From Alphaproteobacteria bacterium (GTDB lineage Bacteria; Pseudomonadota; Alphaproteobacteria; JBHICW01): a stretch of 39,215 bases of DNA. Numbering within the stretch: position 1 is the first letter of the stretch; each line of letters opens with the position of its first letter. A program made the translations under genes and the position numbers. The stretch is from positions 1 to 39,215 of the forward strand of contig JBHICW010000001.1 in the NCBI GenBank assembly GCA_046759785.1, written 5' to 3'. The notes below the pieces were generated by a model, which made no database searches, was not told the DNA's origin, and saw only the letters and a program-made list of their open reading frames with translations. Positions 1 to 10,400 of this stretch are shown piece after piece.

Positions 1-905
1 ACGGAGGATGACGAGCAGTGAACGACGTCGTCCGTCTCGTCCAGCACGACCTCCCGCCAGGCCGTGGGGTCGGCGTCGAGCGCCTTGAGGAGCCGGTAGT
101 GAAGCGGGTGCCCTGAGCAGATACCGTGGAAGTGCGCCAGCAGCGGAGCGCCAGCGAGGTAGAGGTCGCCGATGGAATCGAGCACCTTGTGGCGGACGAA
201 CTCGTCCTCATAGCGCAATCCCTCCTCATTGAGGACCTTCGTTCCGCTGACGACGACCGCGTTGTCGAGCGAGCCGCCCCGCACAAGCCCGCGGGCCCGC
301 AAGGCAGCGACGTCCTCCACGAAGCCGAAGGTTCGGGCCGCACTGACCTCGTCCTTGAACACCTGCTCGGTGACCTCGAAGGATCTCTCCTGACGCGCGA
401 TCAGGGGGTTGTCGAACGCGATCTCGAAACTCACCGAGAAACGGTCAGAGGGCACGAGCGAGGCGAAGCGCGTCCCGTGCCCCACCCGCACCGGCTTCAT
501 GACTTGGATCGCCCGGCGCAGGGCCTCCTGCTCGACGATCCCGGCGCATTCCATCAGGAAGACAAAGGGCGCGGCGCTGCCGTCCATGATCGGAACCTCG
601 GGGCCATCGATCTCGACGAGAAGGTTGTCGATTCCACACCCGGCCAGCGCCGCCATCAGATGCTCGACCGTGCTGACCGTGACCCCCGCCTCGTTCCGCA
701 AGGTGGTGCACATCAGCGTCCGGCAAACGTTGGAGAAGTGAGCGCGGACGAGGCCTCCGCCGTCGACGATGTCCGGCCGGCGGAAGACGATGCCGGCGTC
801 GGCCGCGGCGGGATGAAGGGTCATCGAGACCTTCTCACCGCTATGCAGCCCGACACCCGTGCAGGCGATCGGCGCCCTGACAGTCCTCTGACGACTGCCC
901 CTCAA
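1..905 (-). CDS. lpxC: UDP-3-O-acyl-N-acetylglucosamine deacetylase LpxC (3' end truncated by window edge)
   Basis: Absent from the ORF track because the frame runs off the left edge. My minus-strand translation reads (M/L)[42 protein letters not shown]... and later ...[51 protein letters not shown]. These match LpxC hallmarks ([19 protein letters not shown]). The gene sits in the usual position downstream of ftsZ. Start set at TTG 905 (GGGAGAG about 9 nt upstream); TTG 914 is possible; ATG 824 lies inside conserved sequence. Confidence 0.88.
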   Translation of the reverse strand, partial: MRGSRQRTVRAPIACTGVGLHSGEKVSMTLHPAAADAGIVFRRPDIVDGGGLVRAHFSNVCRTLMCTTLRNEAGVTVSTVEHLMAALAGCGIDNLLVEIDGPEVPIMDGSAAPFVFLMECAGIVEQEALRRAIQVMKPVRVGHGTRFASLVPSDRFSVSFEIAFDNPLIARQERSFEVTEQVFKDEVSAARTFGFVEDVAALRARGLVRGGSLDNAVVVSGTKVLNEEGLRYEDEFVRHKVLDSIGDLYLAGAPLLAHFHGICSGHPLHYRLLKALDADPTAWREVVLDETDDVVHCSSSS

Positions 906-992
906 AGGCCGCAAGCTCTCCCTGTCTCTCCCTCGGAATGCCCGTTCGCGGGCCGCCCCACCTTTTCCACCGAGGGTATTTTGGTGGGAAAC

Positions 993-1032
993 GTGCTTCG
1001 GGGGGCTTTCTAACAAGTTCCCCCCGAAGCAC
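993..1032 (-). terminator. Perfect 13-bp GC-rich hairpin between ftsZ and lpxC (possible terminator/attenuator or mRNA 3' stabiliser)
   Basis: GTGCTTCGGGGGG (993-1005) and CCCCCCGAAGCAC (1020-1032) are exact reverse complements around a 14-nt loop. The hairpin starts 54 nt downstream of the ftsZ stop. On the minus strand the stem is followed only by GTTTCCC, so the U-tract is weak. Confidence 0.4.
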
Positions 1033-1085
1033 TCAAATCACGTTTTGTTACAGAGTGTTACATGTTGCCCTGGGGTGCCCGCCGC

Positions 1086-2576
1086 TCAGTTCCCCTGGCG
1101 GCGGAGGAAGGCCGGAATGTCGAGCACATCCTCCTCCGTGGTGGAGACGGCGAGCTGATCCCCGGCCTCCGGCGCCTTCGGGCTGGGAGGAGTCGGGTTA
1201 GCCCTAGGCTCGGGCTTCGGCTCCCGGGCCCGGCCGGCGCCGGTCATCCGCTCGAACAGGCTCGGGCCGCGCCGCGGCTCCAGCTTGCCGGGCTCCCATG
1301 CCCCGTTCGCCATGGCCGCCTCTGCGAAGGGCTCGGCAGGGCCGGCGGCATCCTTGGGCAAGCCGGGGTCGACCGGCCCCGCCGGGACGAAGACCCGCTT
1401 GCCGCCCTGCGCGAAGGCGGAAACCGCCGCCTTGTTTGCCCCGGCCTCGCTCTCCTCGTCGATTCGGCTCTCCGCCTCGCCGCCCGCTTCCGGCTCCGGC
1501 ACCCTGACGCTCGGCTCGGCGTTCGCCGAAGCCTCACCCTTCTCGCGACTGTCTACGAGCACAGGCCGCAACGGCGTAGGCCTCCGGACAGTGTCTCCGG
1601 CGGCTGCCATCTCGGCCTCGATGCCCGTCGCCACGACCGAGACCCGCATGCGCCCGGCGAGCGACTCGTCGAAGGTGGCGCCAAAGATGATGTGGGCGTC
1701 GGGGTCGACCTCGTCGCGAATTCGGTTAGCGGCCTCGTCCGCTTCGAACAAGGTCAGATCCTGGGCGCCGGTGATGTTGATGAGCACGCCGCGTGCCCCC
1801 TTCATCGACATGTCGTCCAGGAGCGGATTGGAGATCGCCGCGTCGGCGGCGTCGAGCGCCCGCCGCTCGCCCTCGGCCTCGCCGGTGCCCATCATGGCCT
1901 TGCCCATCTCCCCCATCACGGCGCGCACGTCGGCGAAGTCCAGGTTGATGAGACCGGGCATCACCATGAGATCCGTCACCCCGCGCACGCCCGCATGGAG
2001 CACGTCGTCCGCCATCTTGAACGCGTCGGCGAAGGTGGTCTTCTCGTTCGCGACGCGGAAGAGGTTCTGGTTCGGAATGATGATCAAGCTGTCGACGTAC
2101 TGCTGAAGCTCGCCGAGCCCCTCTTCCGCGATGCTCATCCGCTGGGTGCCCTCGAAGTGAAAGGGCTTAGTCACGACGCCGACGGTGAGGATGCCCTGCT
2201 CGCGCGCCGCCCGCGCAACCACCGGGGCGCCGCCGGTGCCTGTGGCACCGCCCATACCGGCAGCGATGAACGCCATGTTGCTGCCCTGCAAGTGCTCGAG
2301 GATCTCGTCGATCGCTTCCTCGGCGGCGGCCTTGCCGATCTCCGGCCGGGAGCCGCCACCGAGCCCCTGGGTGATGGAGACGCCGAGCTGGACGCGCCGA
2401 TCGGTCATCGACTGTCCAAGCGCCTGGGCGTCGGTGTTCGCGACCACGAACTCGGCCCCCCCGAGGCCCGACGTGATCATGTTGTTGACGGCGTTGCCGC
2501 CCGCCCCGCCGATCCCGATCACGGTGATCTGGGGCTTCATGGGCTGGCTCTCCGGCATTCTTAGGTTGATGGTCAT
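1086..2576 (-). CDS. ftsZ: Cell division GTPase FtsZ
   Basis: 496-aa ORF. N-terminus is [25 protein letters not shown]. The tubulin signature [12 protein letters not shown] is present. A long Pro/Ala/Glu-rich linker leads to the conserved C-terminal peptide [12 protein letters not shown]. Strong SD (GGGAGGAGGG) precedes the ATG at 2576. Confidence 0.97.
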   Translation of the reverse strand: MTINLRMPESQPMKPQITVIGIGGAGGNAVNNMITSGLGGAEFVVANTDAQALGQSMTDRRVQLGVSITQGLGGGSRPEIGKAAAEEAIDEILEHLQGSNMAFIAAGMGGATGTGGAPVVARAAREQGILTVGVVTKPFHFEGTQRMSIAEEGLGELQQYVDSLIIIPNQNLFRVANEKTTFADAFKMADDVLHAGVRGVTDLMVMPGLINLDFADVRAVMGEMGKAMMGTGEAEGERRALDAADAAISNPLLDDMSMKGARGVLINITGAQDLTLFEADEAANRIRDEVDPDAHIIFGATFDESLAGRMRVSVVATGIEAEMAAAGDTVRRPTPLRPVLVDSREKGEASANAEPSVRVPEPEAGGEAESRIDEESEAGANKAAVSAFAQGGKRVFVPAGPVDPGLPKDAAGPAEPFAEAAMANGAWEPGKLEPRRGPSLFERMTGAGRAREPKPEPRANPTPPSPKAPEAGDQLAVSTTEEDVLDIPAFLRRQGN

Positions 2577-2666
2577 ACCCTCCTCCCGAATGACGCCACG
2601 GTCAAAATCTCCTCTGCCCTCCCCGGCGGCCCCGAAGGCCGGGCGTGGTCGGCCTGGGCGAGCGCC

Positions 2667-3971
2667 TCAGAAGTGCTCGCGCAGCCATTGCCCCAGACGG
2701 CCGAACCGTGCCCTTGAGCGTTCAGCCTTCGCCCAGGCCTTCAGTGACACTTCGCTGTGCTGGTGCATCGCGTAAGCGAGGAGGCCGGCACAGGCGGCAT
2801 AGGCCGGGCCTCCGGTCGCTTCGGCGAGCCCTTTCACATGGATCGGCTGACCCATGCGGACTTGCTTGCCAAGGATCCGTCCGGCCACCTCGCGGATGCC
2901 ATTGAGCTGGCTCGCGCCTCCGGCGAGAACGACCCGGCCGCCGTTCGGCATATGAAAGCCGCCGGCTTCGAGGCGGCTACGCACCAACTCGAAGGTCTCC
3001 TCGACCCGGGGCCTGATGATGTCCACGAGCACGGAACGAGGGACGTGGTTGCCGGCGGCGGGCTCGCCCTCGCCCACGGGCGGAACCTCGATCATCTCGC
3101 GCTCGTCGCCCGGGCCGGCGACGGCGCTCCCGAACAAGCTCTTCATCCGCTCCGCGTGTGCGGCGGGCGTAGAGAGGGTCCGGGCGACGTCTTGCGTGAT
3201 ATGGACCCCGCCCAGCGCCACCATGTCCGTGAAGACGCAGTCGCCGTCCCGGAACACCGCGATGCCGGTCGTGCCGCCTCCCATCTCCACGAGGGTCACG
3301 CCCAGGTCCATTTCGTCCGGCACGAGGCAGGCGAGTCCCGCCGCGTAGGGCGAGACGACGCAGGCGGCCACGTCGAGGTGACAGCGGGCCACACAGGTGC
3401 TGAGGTTCCTCACGGGCGCCTCGGCGGCGGTGACGATGTGGGCGTCCACGCCGAGCCGGCCGCCGACCATGCCCCGCGGGTCCCGGATTCCCCGGTTGCC
3501 GTCGATGCTGTACTCCAGCGGCAGCGCATGGATGACGGCCCGGTCGTCGGCACGCACCGCGCTCCGGCTCTCGCCCAACACGCGCTCGAGATCCCGCTCG
3601 CCCACTTCGTGGCCCGCGAGCGCCACCTCGACACCCACGGTTTGGGAGGCGGGACGTCCGGCGGACAGGTTAAGGAAGACCTCGCGCACCGTCTCCCCCG
3701 CCATCTCCTCGGCGGCGTGGACCGCGGCCACAATCGACGCCTCGGCCGCCTCCATGTCGACGATGGCGCCTGCGGTCACGCCGCGCGAGACCTGGTGACC
3801 CATGCCCTTCAGCGTGAGACCCCCGACCGGGTCGGCATGGGCGATGAAACAGCTCACCTTGGTCGACCCGGCGTCCAGGGCGGCGATCAGGCCGTTCCCT
3901 GCCTTGGCCCTGCGCGTGGCGCCCTCAAAGACCGGTGTGCTTACCACCTGATGCGACGCTTCAACCATCAT
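2667..3971 (-). CDS. ftsA: Cell division protein FtsA (actin-like ATPase)
   Basis: Lies in ORF 2667..4121. Start trimmed to the ATGATG at 3971, which forms an ATGA overlap with the ftsQ stop (3968-3970). Sequence ...GLIAALDAGSTKVSCFIA..., GVTLVEMGGGTTGIAVF, and position between ftsQ and ftsZ support the call. The upstream 50 codons of the track ORF overlap ftsQ and are Arg/Gly-rich. Confidence 0.93.
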   Translation of the reverse strand: MMVEASHQVVSTPVFEGATRRAKAGNGLIAALDAGSTKVSCFIAHADPVGGLTLKGMGHQVSRGVTAGAIVDMEAAEASIVAAVHAAEEMAGETVREVFLNLSAGRPASQTVGVEVALAGHEVGERDLERVLGESRSAVRADDRAVIHALPLEYSIDGNRGIRDPRGMVGGRLGVDAHIVTAAEAPVRNLSTCVARCHLDVAACVVSPYAAGLACLVPDEMDLGVTLVEMGGGTTGIAVFRDGDCVFTDMVALGGVHITQDVARTLSTPAAHAERMKSLFGSAVAGPGDEREMIEVPPVGEGEPAAGNHVPRSVLVDIIRPRVEETFELVRSRLEAGGFHMPNGGRVVLAGGASQLNGIREVAGRILGKQVRMGQPIHVKGLAEATGGPAYAACAGLLAYAMHQHSEVSLKAWAKAERSRARFGRLGQWLREHF

Positions 3972-4849
3972 GTCCTTTCTCCTTTCTTCGCCACCGTTGC
4001 GCGCGCCTTTGCCCCCGGCGTGAGCCGGACGATGAGACGGTCGGACAACCTCAGATCCACCGCCGTCACGTCGCGCGCGAGAAGCCCTTTGCGCCGGTCG
4101 AACTCCGCCAGCCGCTGCCACGCCCCGGCAACGTCCTGCTCAGGCAGGCGCACCTCGATCCCGTTGCCCAACCGGAGGTTCCAGCGGCGGCCGCCGACGC
4201 GCACCGCGGCGGCGACCCGCTTCATGAGCGCCGGCTCGGAGGCCATGACGCCGATAAGGTGCGCCGCATGGGCCGGCGCGTCGTCGCCGACGATCAGGGG
4301 CAGATGGGGGAAACGCCCGGGCCTGGCGCCCTCGATTACCTCGCCCTCACGGTCGATGACCACCGGCTCCGCTTTCCGCTGCCAAAGGGCGAGCGGCACC
4401 CTTTCCACGAGCCGGACGTAGAGGGCGTCGGGAAACCTGCGCTCCACGTTCGCCGACCGGATCCAGCCGAGCACCTCCAACCGGCGCCGCGTCTCGTCAA
4501 GGTCAATCGCCATGAGGGGCTGCCCCAGCTTGACGTTCAGGGCCCCGAGGATTGCCTCGGGCAACGTCTTCACCCGCCCCGCCACATAGACCTCGCGCAG
4601 GACCAGACCGGTGGCCACCGAGGCCTTCGCCACCAGGCCGTGCAGCCCCTCCTGGAAAGCGGGGAGCCGGCCGGACTGCCACAGCCACAGGCTCGGTCCG
4701 GCGATCGAGGCGACCACCAGGGCCAGACCCCCGACCATCGCCGCCGGCCGCAACCAGCGGGGCGTCACGCGCCGGCGAGCCGGGGACGGCTTGCCGTGAT
4801 CCCGCCTGGTCAGCCTTTCGCGGCCGCTCAGGGTTGTCAGCCGTCGCAC
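3968..4849 (-). CDS. ftsQ: Cell division protein FtsQ (POTRA domain)
   Basis: 293 aa with a basic N-terminus and a single TM (MVGGLALVVASIAGPSLWLW). It then shows a POTRA-like segment LREVYVAGRVKTLPEAILGAL.V..GQPLMAIDLDETRRRLE.LGWIRSANVERRFPDALYVRLVER. GTG start at 4849 overlaps the ddl end by 13 nt. Synteny is ddl-ftsQ-ftsA. Confidence 0.9.
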   Translation of the reverse strand: MRRLTTLSGRERLTRRDHGKPSPARRRVTPRWLRPAAMVGGLALVVASIAGPSLWLWQSGRLPAFQEGLHGLVAKASVATGLVLREVYVAGRVKTLPEAILGALNVKLGQPLMAIDLDETRRRLEVLGWIRSANVERRFPDALYVRLVERVPLALWQRKAEPVVIDREGEVIEGARPGRFPHLPLIVGDDAPAHAAHLIGVMASEPALMKRVAAAVRVGGRRWNLRLGNGIEVRLPEQDVAGAWQRLAEFDRRKGLLARDVTAVDLRLSDRLIVRLTPGAKARATVAKKGERT

Positions 4850-5757
4850 CGCGCCTCCTCCACCATCCAGGTGACCAGCTCGGTAAAGCCGATCCCGGCA
4901 TACGCCGCGATCTCGGGCACCAGCGAGAGCGGCGTCATGCCCGGCTGGGTATTGACCTCGAGCATATAGAACCGCCCCGGCTCGCCCTCCGTATCGTCGT
5001 AACGCAAGTCGGCCCGCGTGACCCCGCGACAGCCCAGGGTCCGATGAGCCAACAGGGCGAGTTCCAGCACTTCCTCATAGGCGCGCCGATGGATCGGGGC
5101 GGGAATGAGATGCTCGGCCTTCCCCTCGGTGTATTTCGCCGTGTAGTCGTAAAACCCCTGCTTGGGACGGATCTCCGTGGCCCCGAGCGCGCGTTCGCCC
5201 ATCACCGCCACGGTGATTTCGCGGCCGGGGATATAGCGTTCGACCAGCACGTCCTCGCCGTACGGCCAGTCCCCGTCGAGCCAGAGCGGCCGGTTGTCGC
5301 CCTTGTGGACGATGCGGACCCCGACGCTGGAGCCCTCGTTCGTGGGCTTTATGACGAACGGCGGGTCTATCGGCGCCCCGCGCTTCAGCTCCTCACGGCA
5401 TAAGACCACCCCCTCGGGACAGCGAATGCCGGCCTGCTGGAACCTCTGCTTCGCCATCGGCTTGTTCATCGCAAGCGCCGAGGCCAGGGGCCCGGAATGC
5501 GTGTACCGAATGCCCAGGATCTCGAGCAGGCCCTGGACGCAGCCGTCCTCGCCGAAGCGTCCGTGCAGGGCGTTGAAGACCACATCCGGCCGCGGTTCGA
5601 GTCCTTCGAGCACGTCGGCCAGGCCGCGATCCACGTCGACCCGTACGACGCGGTAGCCGGCCTCTTCCAGGGCATCGGCGACCGCCCCGCCCGTCACCAG
5701 CGAGACCTCGCGCTCCGCCGACCAGCCCCCCATGAGGACGACCACGTGGCTGCTCAT
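4837..5757 (-). CDS. ddl: D-alanine--D-alanine ligase
   Basis: Lies in ORF 4837..6162. Real start is ATG 5757 ([23 protein letters not shown]...), in ATGA overlap with the murB stop. ATP-grasp motifs are present, including LEVNTQPGMT. Length 306 aa is typical. Confidence 0.94.
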   Translation of the reverse strand: MSSHVVVLMGGWSAEREVSLVTGGAVADALEEAGYRVVRVDVDRGLADVLEGLEPRPDVVFNALHGRFGEDGCVQGLLEILGIRYTHSGPLASALAMNKPMAKQRFQQAGIRCPEGVVLCREELKRGAPIDPPFVIKPTNEGSSVGVRIVHKGDNRPLWLDGDWPYGEDVLVERYIPGREITVAVMGERALGATEIRPKQGFYDYTAKYTEGKAEHLIPAPIHRRAYEEVLELALLAHRTLGCRGVTRADLRYDDTEGEPGRFYMLEVNTQPGMTPLSLVPEIAAYAGIGFTELVTWMVEEARCDG

Positions 5758-6698
5758 CGCCCGCCTCCCTCGATCCGCTCGAATGCGGGTCGGCCGATTC
5801 GGCGAATCTCCCACTCCAGGGCGATTCCCGTCGCCTCGGCGACCCGGTGGCGGACCTCCTCCCCCAGGGCCTCGATGTCGTCGGCGGTGGCCGAACCGGT
5901 GTTGATCAGGAAGTTGCAGTGCTTGTCCGACACCATGGCGCCGCCCCGGCGCAGCCCGCGGTAGCCCGCACGCTCGATGAGCTGCCATGCCTTGTGGCCC
6001 GGGGGATTGACGAAGGTGCTCCCCCCGGTCCGGGTCCTGAGCGGCTGGGTATCGGTGCGGGCCGTCGCAATGTCGGCCATGGCAACGGCGATCTCGGCCG
6101 AATTGCGCACCTCCCCGTTGAGCGTAGCGGCGGTGAAGATCCAGTCCTCGGGCACGGCGCAACCGCGGTAGAAAAAGTCAAGGTCGGACACCGCCAGTTC
6201 GTGTCGTTGGCCCCGGCCGTCGAGGGCAGAGGCCGCCACCGTCACGTCCTTCATCGCGCGGCCGTAGGCTCCGGCGTTCATCCTGAGCGCCCCGCCGATC
6301 GTCCCCGGCACCCCGCTCAGGAACTCGAGACCGCCAACGCCTGCCTTGCCGCAGACCCGCGCCACCGAAAGGTCCAGCGCGGCGGCACCTGCGCTAACGC
6401 GCACGCCCTCGACCTCGATGCCTGCGAAAGCCCGGCTTAACCGAATCACCACTCCGTCGACCCCGCCGTCGCGCACCAAAAGGTTCGACCCCAACCCGAC
6501 CACGGTGAGCTGAACGTCCGCCGGCCGCGCCCGCAGGAACGCCACAAGGTCGGCCTCGTCCGCGGGGCGGAAGAGGATCTCCGCCGTGCCTCCGGCCCGG
6601 AACCAGGTGAAGCGGCCGAGCGGCGCGTTCTCCGTGTAGCGGCCACGCACCCGGGGCAGGCGCTCCACCAGCCGCTCGTCGCGTGGCGCCGCCCTCAT
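5754..6698 (-). CDS. murB: UDP-N-acetylenolpyruvoylglucosamine reductase MurB
   Basis: Lies in ORF 5754..6770. Start trimmed to ATG 6698 (ATGA overlap with the murC stop). Sequence [45 protein letters not shown], ...[12 protein letters not shown]... (FAD-binding) and ...[10 protein letters not shown]... support the call. Confidence 0.93.
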   Translation of the reverse strand: MRAAPRDERLVERLPRVRGRYTENAPLGRFTWFRAGGTAEILFRPADEADLVAFLRARPADVQLTVVGLGSNLLVRDGGVDGVVIRLSRAFAGIEVEGVRVSAGAAALDLSVARVCGKAGVGGLEFLSGVPGTIGGALRMNAGAYGRAMKDVTVAASALDGRGQRHELAVSDLDFFYRGCAVPEDWIFTAATLNGEVRNSAEIAVAMADIATARTDTQPLRTRTGGSTFVNPPGHKAWQLIERAGYRGLRRGGAMVSDKHCNFLINTGSATADDIEALGEEVRHRVAEATGIALEWEIRRIGRPAFERIEGGGR

Positions 6699-8131
6699 GC
6701 CGCCCCCGTCCCGACCGCGGCCGGGCGACCGAGAACGCGCCGAAGCTGGCCCGGCAGCCCCTGCGCCCACTGGGTGATCGTCCCGGCGCCCAGGAAAACG
6801 ACCACGTCGCCCGGCTCGGCCAGGCGCGCCACGAGCTCGGGTAGCTCGCCCGGGTCCTCGAGCGCCTCCACATGGCGGTGGCCGCGGACCCTCAAGCCCT
6901 CGACCAAGGCGTCGCGGGTGACGCCCGCGATGGGGGCCTCGCCCGCGGAGTACACGTCAGCCACGATGACCACGGCCGCGTCGTTGAAGCAGGTGCAGAA
7001 GTCCTCGAACAGGTTGCGAAGGCGCGTGAAGCGGTGGGGCTGGACCACCGCGATCAGGCGCCCGACGTAGGCCTCCCGTGCCGCCCGGAGTACCGCCGTG
7101 ATCTCCACCGGGTGGTGCCCGTAATCGTCGATAACGGTGATGCCGCTGGCCTCCCCCGTCTTGGTGAACCGCCGCTTGACACCCTTGAACTCCGCCAGCG
7201 CCCGGCGCAGGACGTCGTCCTCGATCTTCATCTCCTGCGCCACCGCGATCGCCGCGAGGGAGTTCACGACGTTGTACGCGCCCAGCATGGGGAGGCGAAC
7301 CCCGCCGAGCATGCGCCGCTCCTCTGTCGAGCGTTCGACGACGACGTCATAGAGGGTTTCCCCCGCCTCTGTGCGCAGGTCGACGGCCCGCACCTCGGCC
7401 TGCGGGCTGAGCCCGTAGGTCACGATCTTGCGGTCCGAGACCCGCCCGATGAGCGCCTGCACCTCTGGGTGGTCGATGCACAGGGCGACGAATCCGTAGA
7501 ACGGGATGTTCTCCACGAAGGTCTCGAACGCCCGCCGCAAGGCATCGAAGGTCCCGTAGTGGTCGAGGTGCTCGGGATCGATGTTCGTGACCACCGCGAT
7601 CGTCGCCGGCAACTTGGCAAAGCTGCCATCGGATTCGTCCGCCTCGACGACCATCCAGTCCCCGCTGCCGAGCCGTGCGTTCGTGCCGTAAGCGTTGATG
7701 ATCCCGCCGTTGATGACGGTGGGGTCGTAGCGAGCCGCTTCGAGGATGGCGGCGATGAGCGAGGTGGTGGTGGTCTTCCCGTGGGTACCGCCCACGGCGA
7801 TGGACCATTTGAGCCGCATGAGCTCGCCCAGCATCTCGGCCCGCGGCACCACCGGGATGAACCGGGCGTGCGCCGCCTCCACCTCCACGTTCTCCGGCTT
7901 CACGGCGGACGAGACCACGACCACCTCGGCCTCGCCCAGGTTCTCGGGGGCGTGGCCGAGGCCCACAGGAACCCCCAGGGCCTTTAGTCGGTTCACGTTC
8001 GCGTTCCCGGCGAGGTCGCTGCCCTGAACCCGGTAGCCGAGGTTGTGAAGGACCTCGGCGATGCCGCTCATCCCGATCCCCCCGATCCCGACGAAGTGGA
8101 TCGGCCCGACCTCGAGCGGAAGGGCTCTCAT
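6695..8131 (-). CDS. murC: UDP-N-acetylmuramate--L-alanine ligase MurC
   Basis: Lies in ORF 6695..8488. Start trimmed to ATG 8131 (ATGA overlap with the murG stop). Sequence [33 protein letters not shown] and Mur-ligase P-loop [12 protein letters not shown] support the call. Length 478 aa. Confidence 0.94.
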   Translation of the reverse strand: MRALPLEVGPIHFVGIGGIGMSGIAEVLHNLGYRVQGSDLAGNANVNRLKALGVPVGLGHAPENLGEAEVVVVSSAVKPENVEVEAAHARFIPVVPRAEMLGELMRLKWSIAVGGTHGKTTTTSLIAAILEAARYDPTVINGGIINAYGTNARLGSGDWMVVEADESDGSFAKLPATIAVVTNIDPEHLDHYGTFDALRRAFETFVENIPFYGFVALCIDHPEVQALIGRVSDRKIVTYGLSPQAEVRAVDLRTEAGETLYDVVVERSTEERRMLGGVRLPMLGAYNVVNSLAAIAVAQEMKIEDDVLRRALAEFKGVKRRFTKTGEASGITVIDDYGHHPVEITAVLRAAREAYVGRLIAVVQPHRFTRLRNLFEDFCTCFNDAAVVIVADVYSAGEAPIAGVTRDALVEGLRVRGHRHVEALEDPGELPELVARLAEPGDVVVFLGAGTITQWAQGLPGQLRRVLGRPAAVGTGAA

Positions 8132-9279
8132 GCCGCCGCCTCCGGCAGCGCCACCTCGCCGGTCCTTCGCACCCGGCGGCCGCCGTTCGCCGGAACGACC
8201 TCCTCCACAACGTCGGCCAGGGCCTCGGCCGCCGGCGGGCGGGCGGCGGCCCTGGCCGTGGGCGCGGCCTCGCCCCAGAAGCCCGGCGCCGCGAAGAGCC
8301 ACTCGAGACGCACGCCGAGAGCCAAGGGCGTGACGGTCGCCTGAGGCATGATCCAAGCCCCGCCGGCGTCCTCGATCGCCCGCGCGTTCCTCGTCTGGTG
8401 GTCGTCGGTGGCGTCGGGATACGGGACGAACAGGGCCGGACGGCCCGCCGCTGTCACCTCGGCGACCGTGGCGGCGCCGGCGCGGCAAATCACGAGTTGC
8501 GCGTCGGCCAGGCGTCTTGGCACATCATCGAAGAAGGGGGCGACCTCCGCCCGGATCGCCGCCTCCTCATAGCGACGGCGAACCGACTCGGCGTCCTCGG
8601 CGCGGCACTGGTGGGCCACGCTGAGACGCTCGGGCAGCGGCGTGGCAAGCGCCGCCAGCGCGTCGGGCACCACCTCATCCATCACGCCCGCCCCCTGGCT
8701 GCCCCCCAACACCAGTAGGCTCAGGGGCCCGTCGGGCGCGGGCGCCACGTAGGGTGTCATCGCCAGGGCGGCGACCCGGGCGCGAACGGGATTCCCGGTG
8801 CAGCGGACCTTCCCCGACGCGCCGGGGCGCAAGCCGACGGTTTTGGGAAAAGAGGTGGCGATCGCCGAGACCCGCGAGGCAAGGAAACGGTTGGCCCGCC
8901 CGAAGACCGCGTTCTGTTCGTGGACCACGGCGGGAACGCCCTGCCAGGCGGCCGCCAGCACGGCCGGGACCGACGGATAGCCGCCGAACCCGACCACGCC
9001 GGGGGGCTTGAGTGCCTTGAGGAGCCCACGCGCCTGAAAGACCCCGAGCGCGAGCACGCCGAGCCCCTGTGCCCGCGCCACCAGGCCAGGCCCCGAGGGC
9101 GAACCCGCCCGCACGACGTGGACGTCCACGCCGCCGGGCGCCCCCCACAGCCTCTCGCCCCGGCGGTCCGTGACGATCGCCACCCGGCGGCCGCGAGCGA
9201 GCAAAACCTCGGCCAGCGCCCGGGCCGGGAACGCGTGCCCACCGGTCCCGCCGGCCGCAAGCACGATCACACCGCCCAC
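8128..9279 (-). CDS. murG: Undecaprenyldiphospho-muramoylpentapeptide beta-N-acetylglucosaminyltransferase MurG
   Basis: Lies in ORF 8128..10356, whose 5' 360 codons overlap ftsW out of frame. The conserved N-terminus (V)[25 protein letters not shown] begins at GTG 9279. An alternative start is GTG 9270, which forms a GTGA overlap with the ftsW stop. Confidence 0.9.
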   Translation of the reverse strand: MGGVIVLAAGGTGGHAFPARALAEVLLARGRRVAIVTDRRGERLWGAPGGVDVHVVRAGSPSGPGLVARAQGLGVLALGVFQARGLLKALKPPGVVGFGGYPSVPAVLAAAWQGVPAVVHEQNAVFGRANRFLASRVSAIATSFPKTVGLRPGASGKVRCTGNPVRARVAALAMTPYVAPAPDGPLSLLVLGGSQGAGVMDEVVPDALAALATPLPERLSVAHQCRAEDAESVRRRYEEAAIRAEVAPFFDDVPRRLADAQLVICRAGAATVAEVTAAGRPALFVPYPDATDDHQTRNARAIEDAGGAWIMPQATVTPLALGVRLEWLFAAPGFWGEAAPTARAAARPPAAEALADVVEEVVPANGGRRVRRTGEVALPEAAA

Positions 9280-10400
9280 GGTAACCCCTGAACCTCCGGT
9301 CGGCGTCGCATCAGCGCTAGCACCATGCCCATGCCGAGCGCCGTCGCCAGCAGCGACGAGCCGCCGTAGGAAATGAACGGGAGGGTCATGCCGGTCGCCG
9401 GCAACAGCCCCAAGCTGACCGCCATGTTCAGGATGGCCTGAAGGCCGAACTGGACGAGAAGCCCCGTCACGGCCAGCAGGGCGAAGAGGTCCTTCTCCTG
9501 GAACGCCCGGGCGAAGCCGCGCAGCATGATGAAGGCGAACAGCCCCAGGATTGCGAGGCAGGCGAGAAGGCCGAACTCCTCGCCCGCAACGGCGAAGACG
9601 AAGTCGGAGTGGGCGTCGGGCAGTACCTCCTTCACCACGCCCTCCCCGGGGCCGCGTCCAAAGAGCCCGCCGTTCGAAAACGCCTCGAGCGCCCGATCCA
9701 CCTGGTAGCTGTCTCCCGAGGCCGGATCGAGATACCGGTCGATTCGGTCGGTGACGTGAGGCATCAGCCAATACACGGCGACGGCTCCGCCGAGACCCAC
9801 GACCGCAAGAAGCGTCGCCCAGGTCAGCGAGACACCGGCCACGAAGAATTGAGCGAACCAGACGGCGGAGACCATGACGGCCATCCCGACATCGGGCTGG
9901 AGCAGCAGGAGGACGACGACGAGGCCGTAGAGGCCCACGCAAATCAGCTCTCCCCGAAAGGCGGGCTTGAGCCGCGCGGTGGCGAAGAGCCACGCGGCAA
10001 GCACGGCGAACGTGGGCTTGACGAACTCCGAGGCCTGCAACGAGAAGCCGAATAGGGTGACCCACCGGCGGGCGCCCTTCACCTCTTCGCCGAGGAGAGG
10101 CATTACCATGAGGAGGAGGAGGGCAACGAGGAACCCCACGGCGCCGAGCCGGCGCACACCCACCGGCGAAAGGAGGGACGTCGCGAGAAACAGCGCCAGA
10201 GCGAGCGGAAGGAACGCGAACTGGCGGCGGACGAAGTGAAAGGAATCGATCCCGATTCGCTCGGCGACGGCGGGGCTGGCCGCCATCGCGAGCACGGCGC
10301 CGGCCGCGAAGAGCACGAGCAGGGCGGCCAGCGTCCAGCGGTCGACCGTCCACCACCAGCGCCCCAGCAGGCTACGGTCGGTGCGCGGGAGGGTCGTCAT
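9267..10400 (-). CDS. ftsW: SEDS-family peptidoglycan polymerase / cell division protein FtsW
   Basis: 377 aa and polytopic. Shows SEDS motifs (..LQASEFVKP.., ..PDAHSDFVFAVAGEEFG.., ..LPATGMTLPFISYGGSS..). ATG 10400 is in ATGA overlap with the murD stop. Confidence 0.94.
   Translation of the reverse strand: MTTLPRTDRSLLGRWWWTVDRWTLAALLVLFAAGAVLAMAASPAVAERIGIDSFHFVRRQFAFLPLALALFLATSLLSPVGVRRLGAVGFLVALLLLMVMPLLGEEVKGARRWVTLFGFSLQASEFVKPTFAVLAAWLFATARLKPAFRGELICVGLYGLVVVLLLLQPDVGMAVMVSAVWFAQFFVAGVSLTWATLLAVVGLGGAVAVYWLMPHVTDRIDRYLDPASGDSYQVDRALEAFSNGGLFGRGPGEGVVKEVLPDAHSDFVFAVAGEEFGLLACLAILGLFAFIMLRGFARAFQEKDLFALLAVTGLLVQFGLQAILNMAVSLGLLPATGMTLPFISYGGSSLLATALGMGMVLALMRRRPEVQGLPWAV

Noticed and set aside
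1062-4421. Long plus-strand ORFs (1062-2564, 2757-4421) and many 60-300-aa ORFs on both strands throughout the window
   Set aside because: They are antisense or out of frame to ftsZ, ftsA and ftsQ (and to the other annotated genes). They are high-GC shadow ORFs with Arg/Pro/Gly-rich translations.
6695-10356. Long N-terminal extensions in the ORF-track versions of murC (597 aa), murG (742 aa), and likewise ddl, murB, murF, ftsI, ftsA, mraZ, the amidase and djlA
   Set aside because: The extensions overlap the upstream gene out of frame and are Arg/Gly/Pro-rich. They precede well-conserved family N-termini that coincide with ATGA/GTGA junctions or good SD sequences, so starts were trimmed accordingly.
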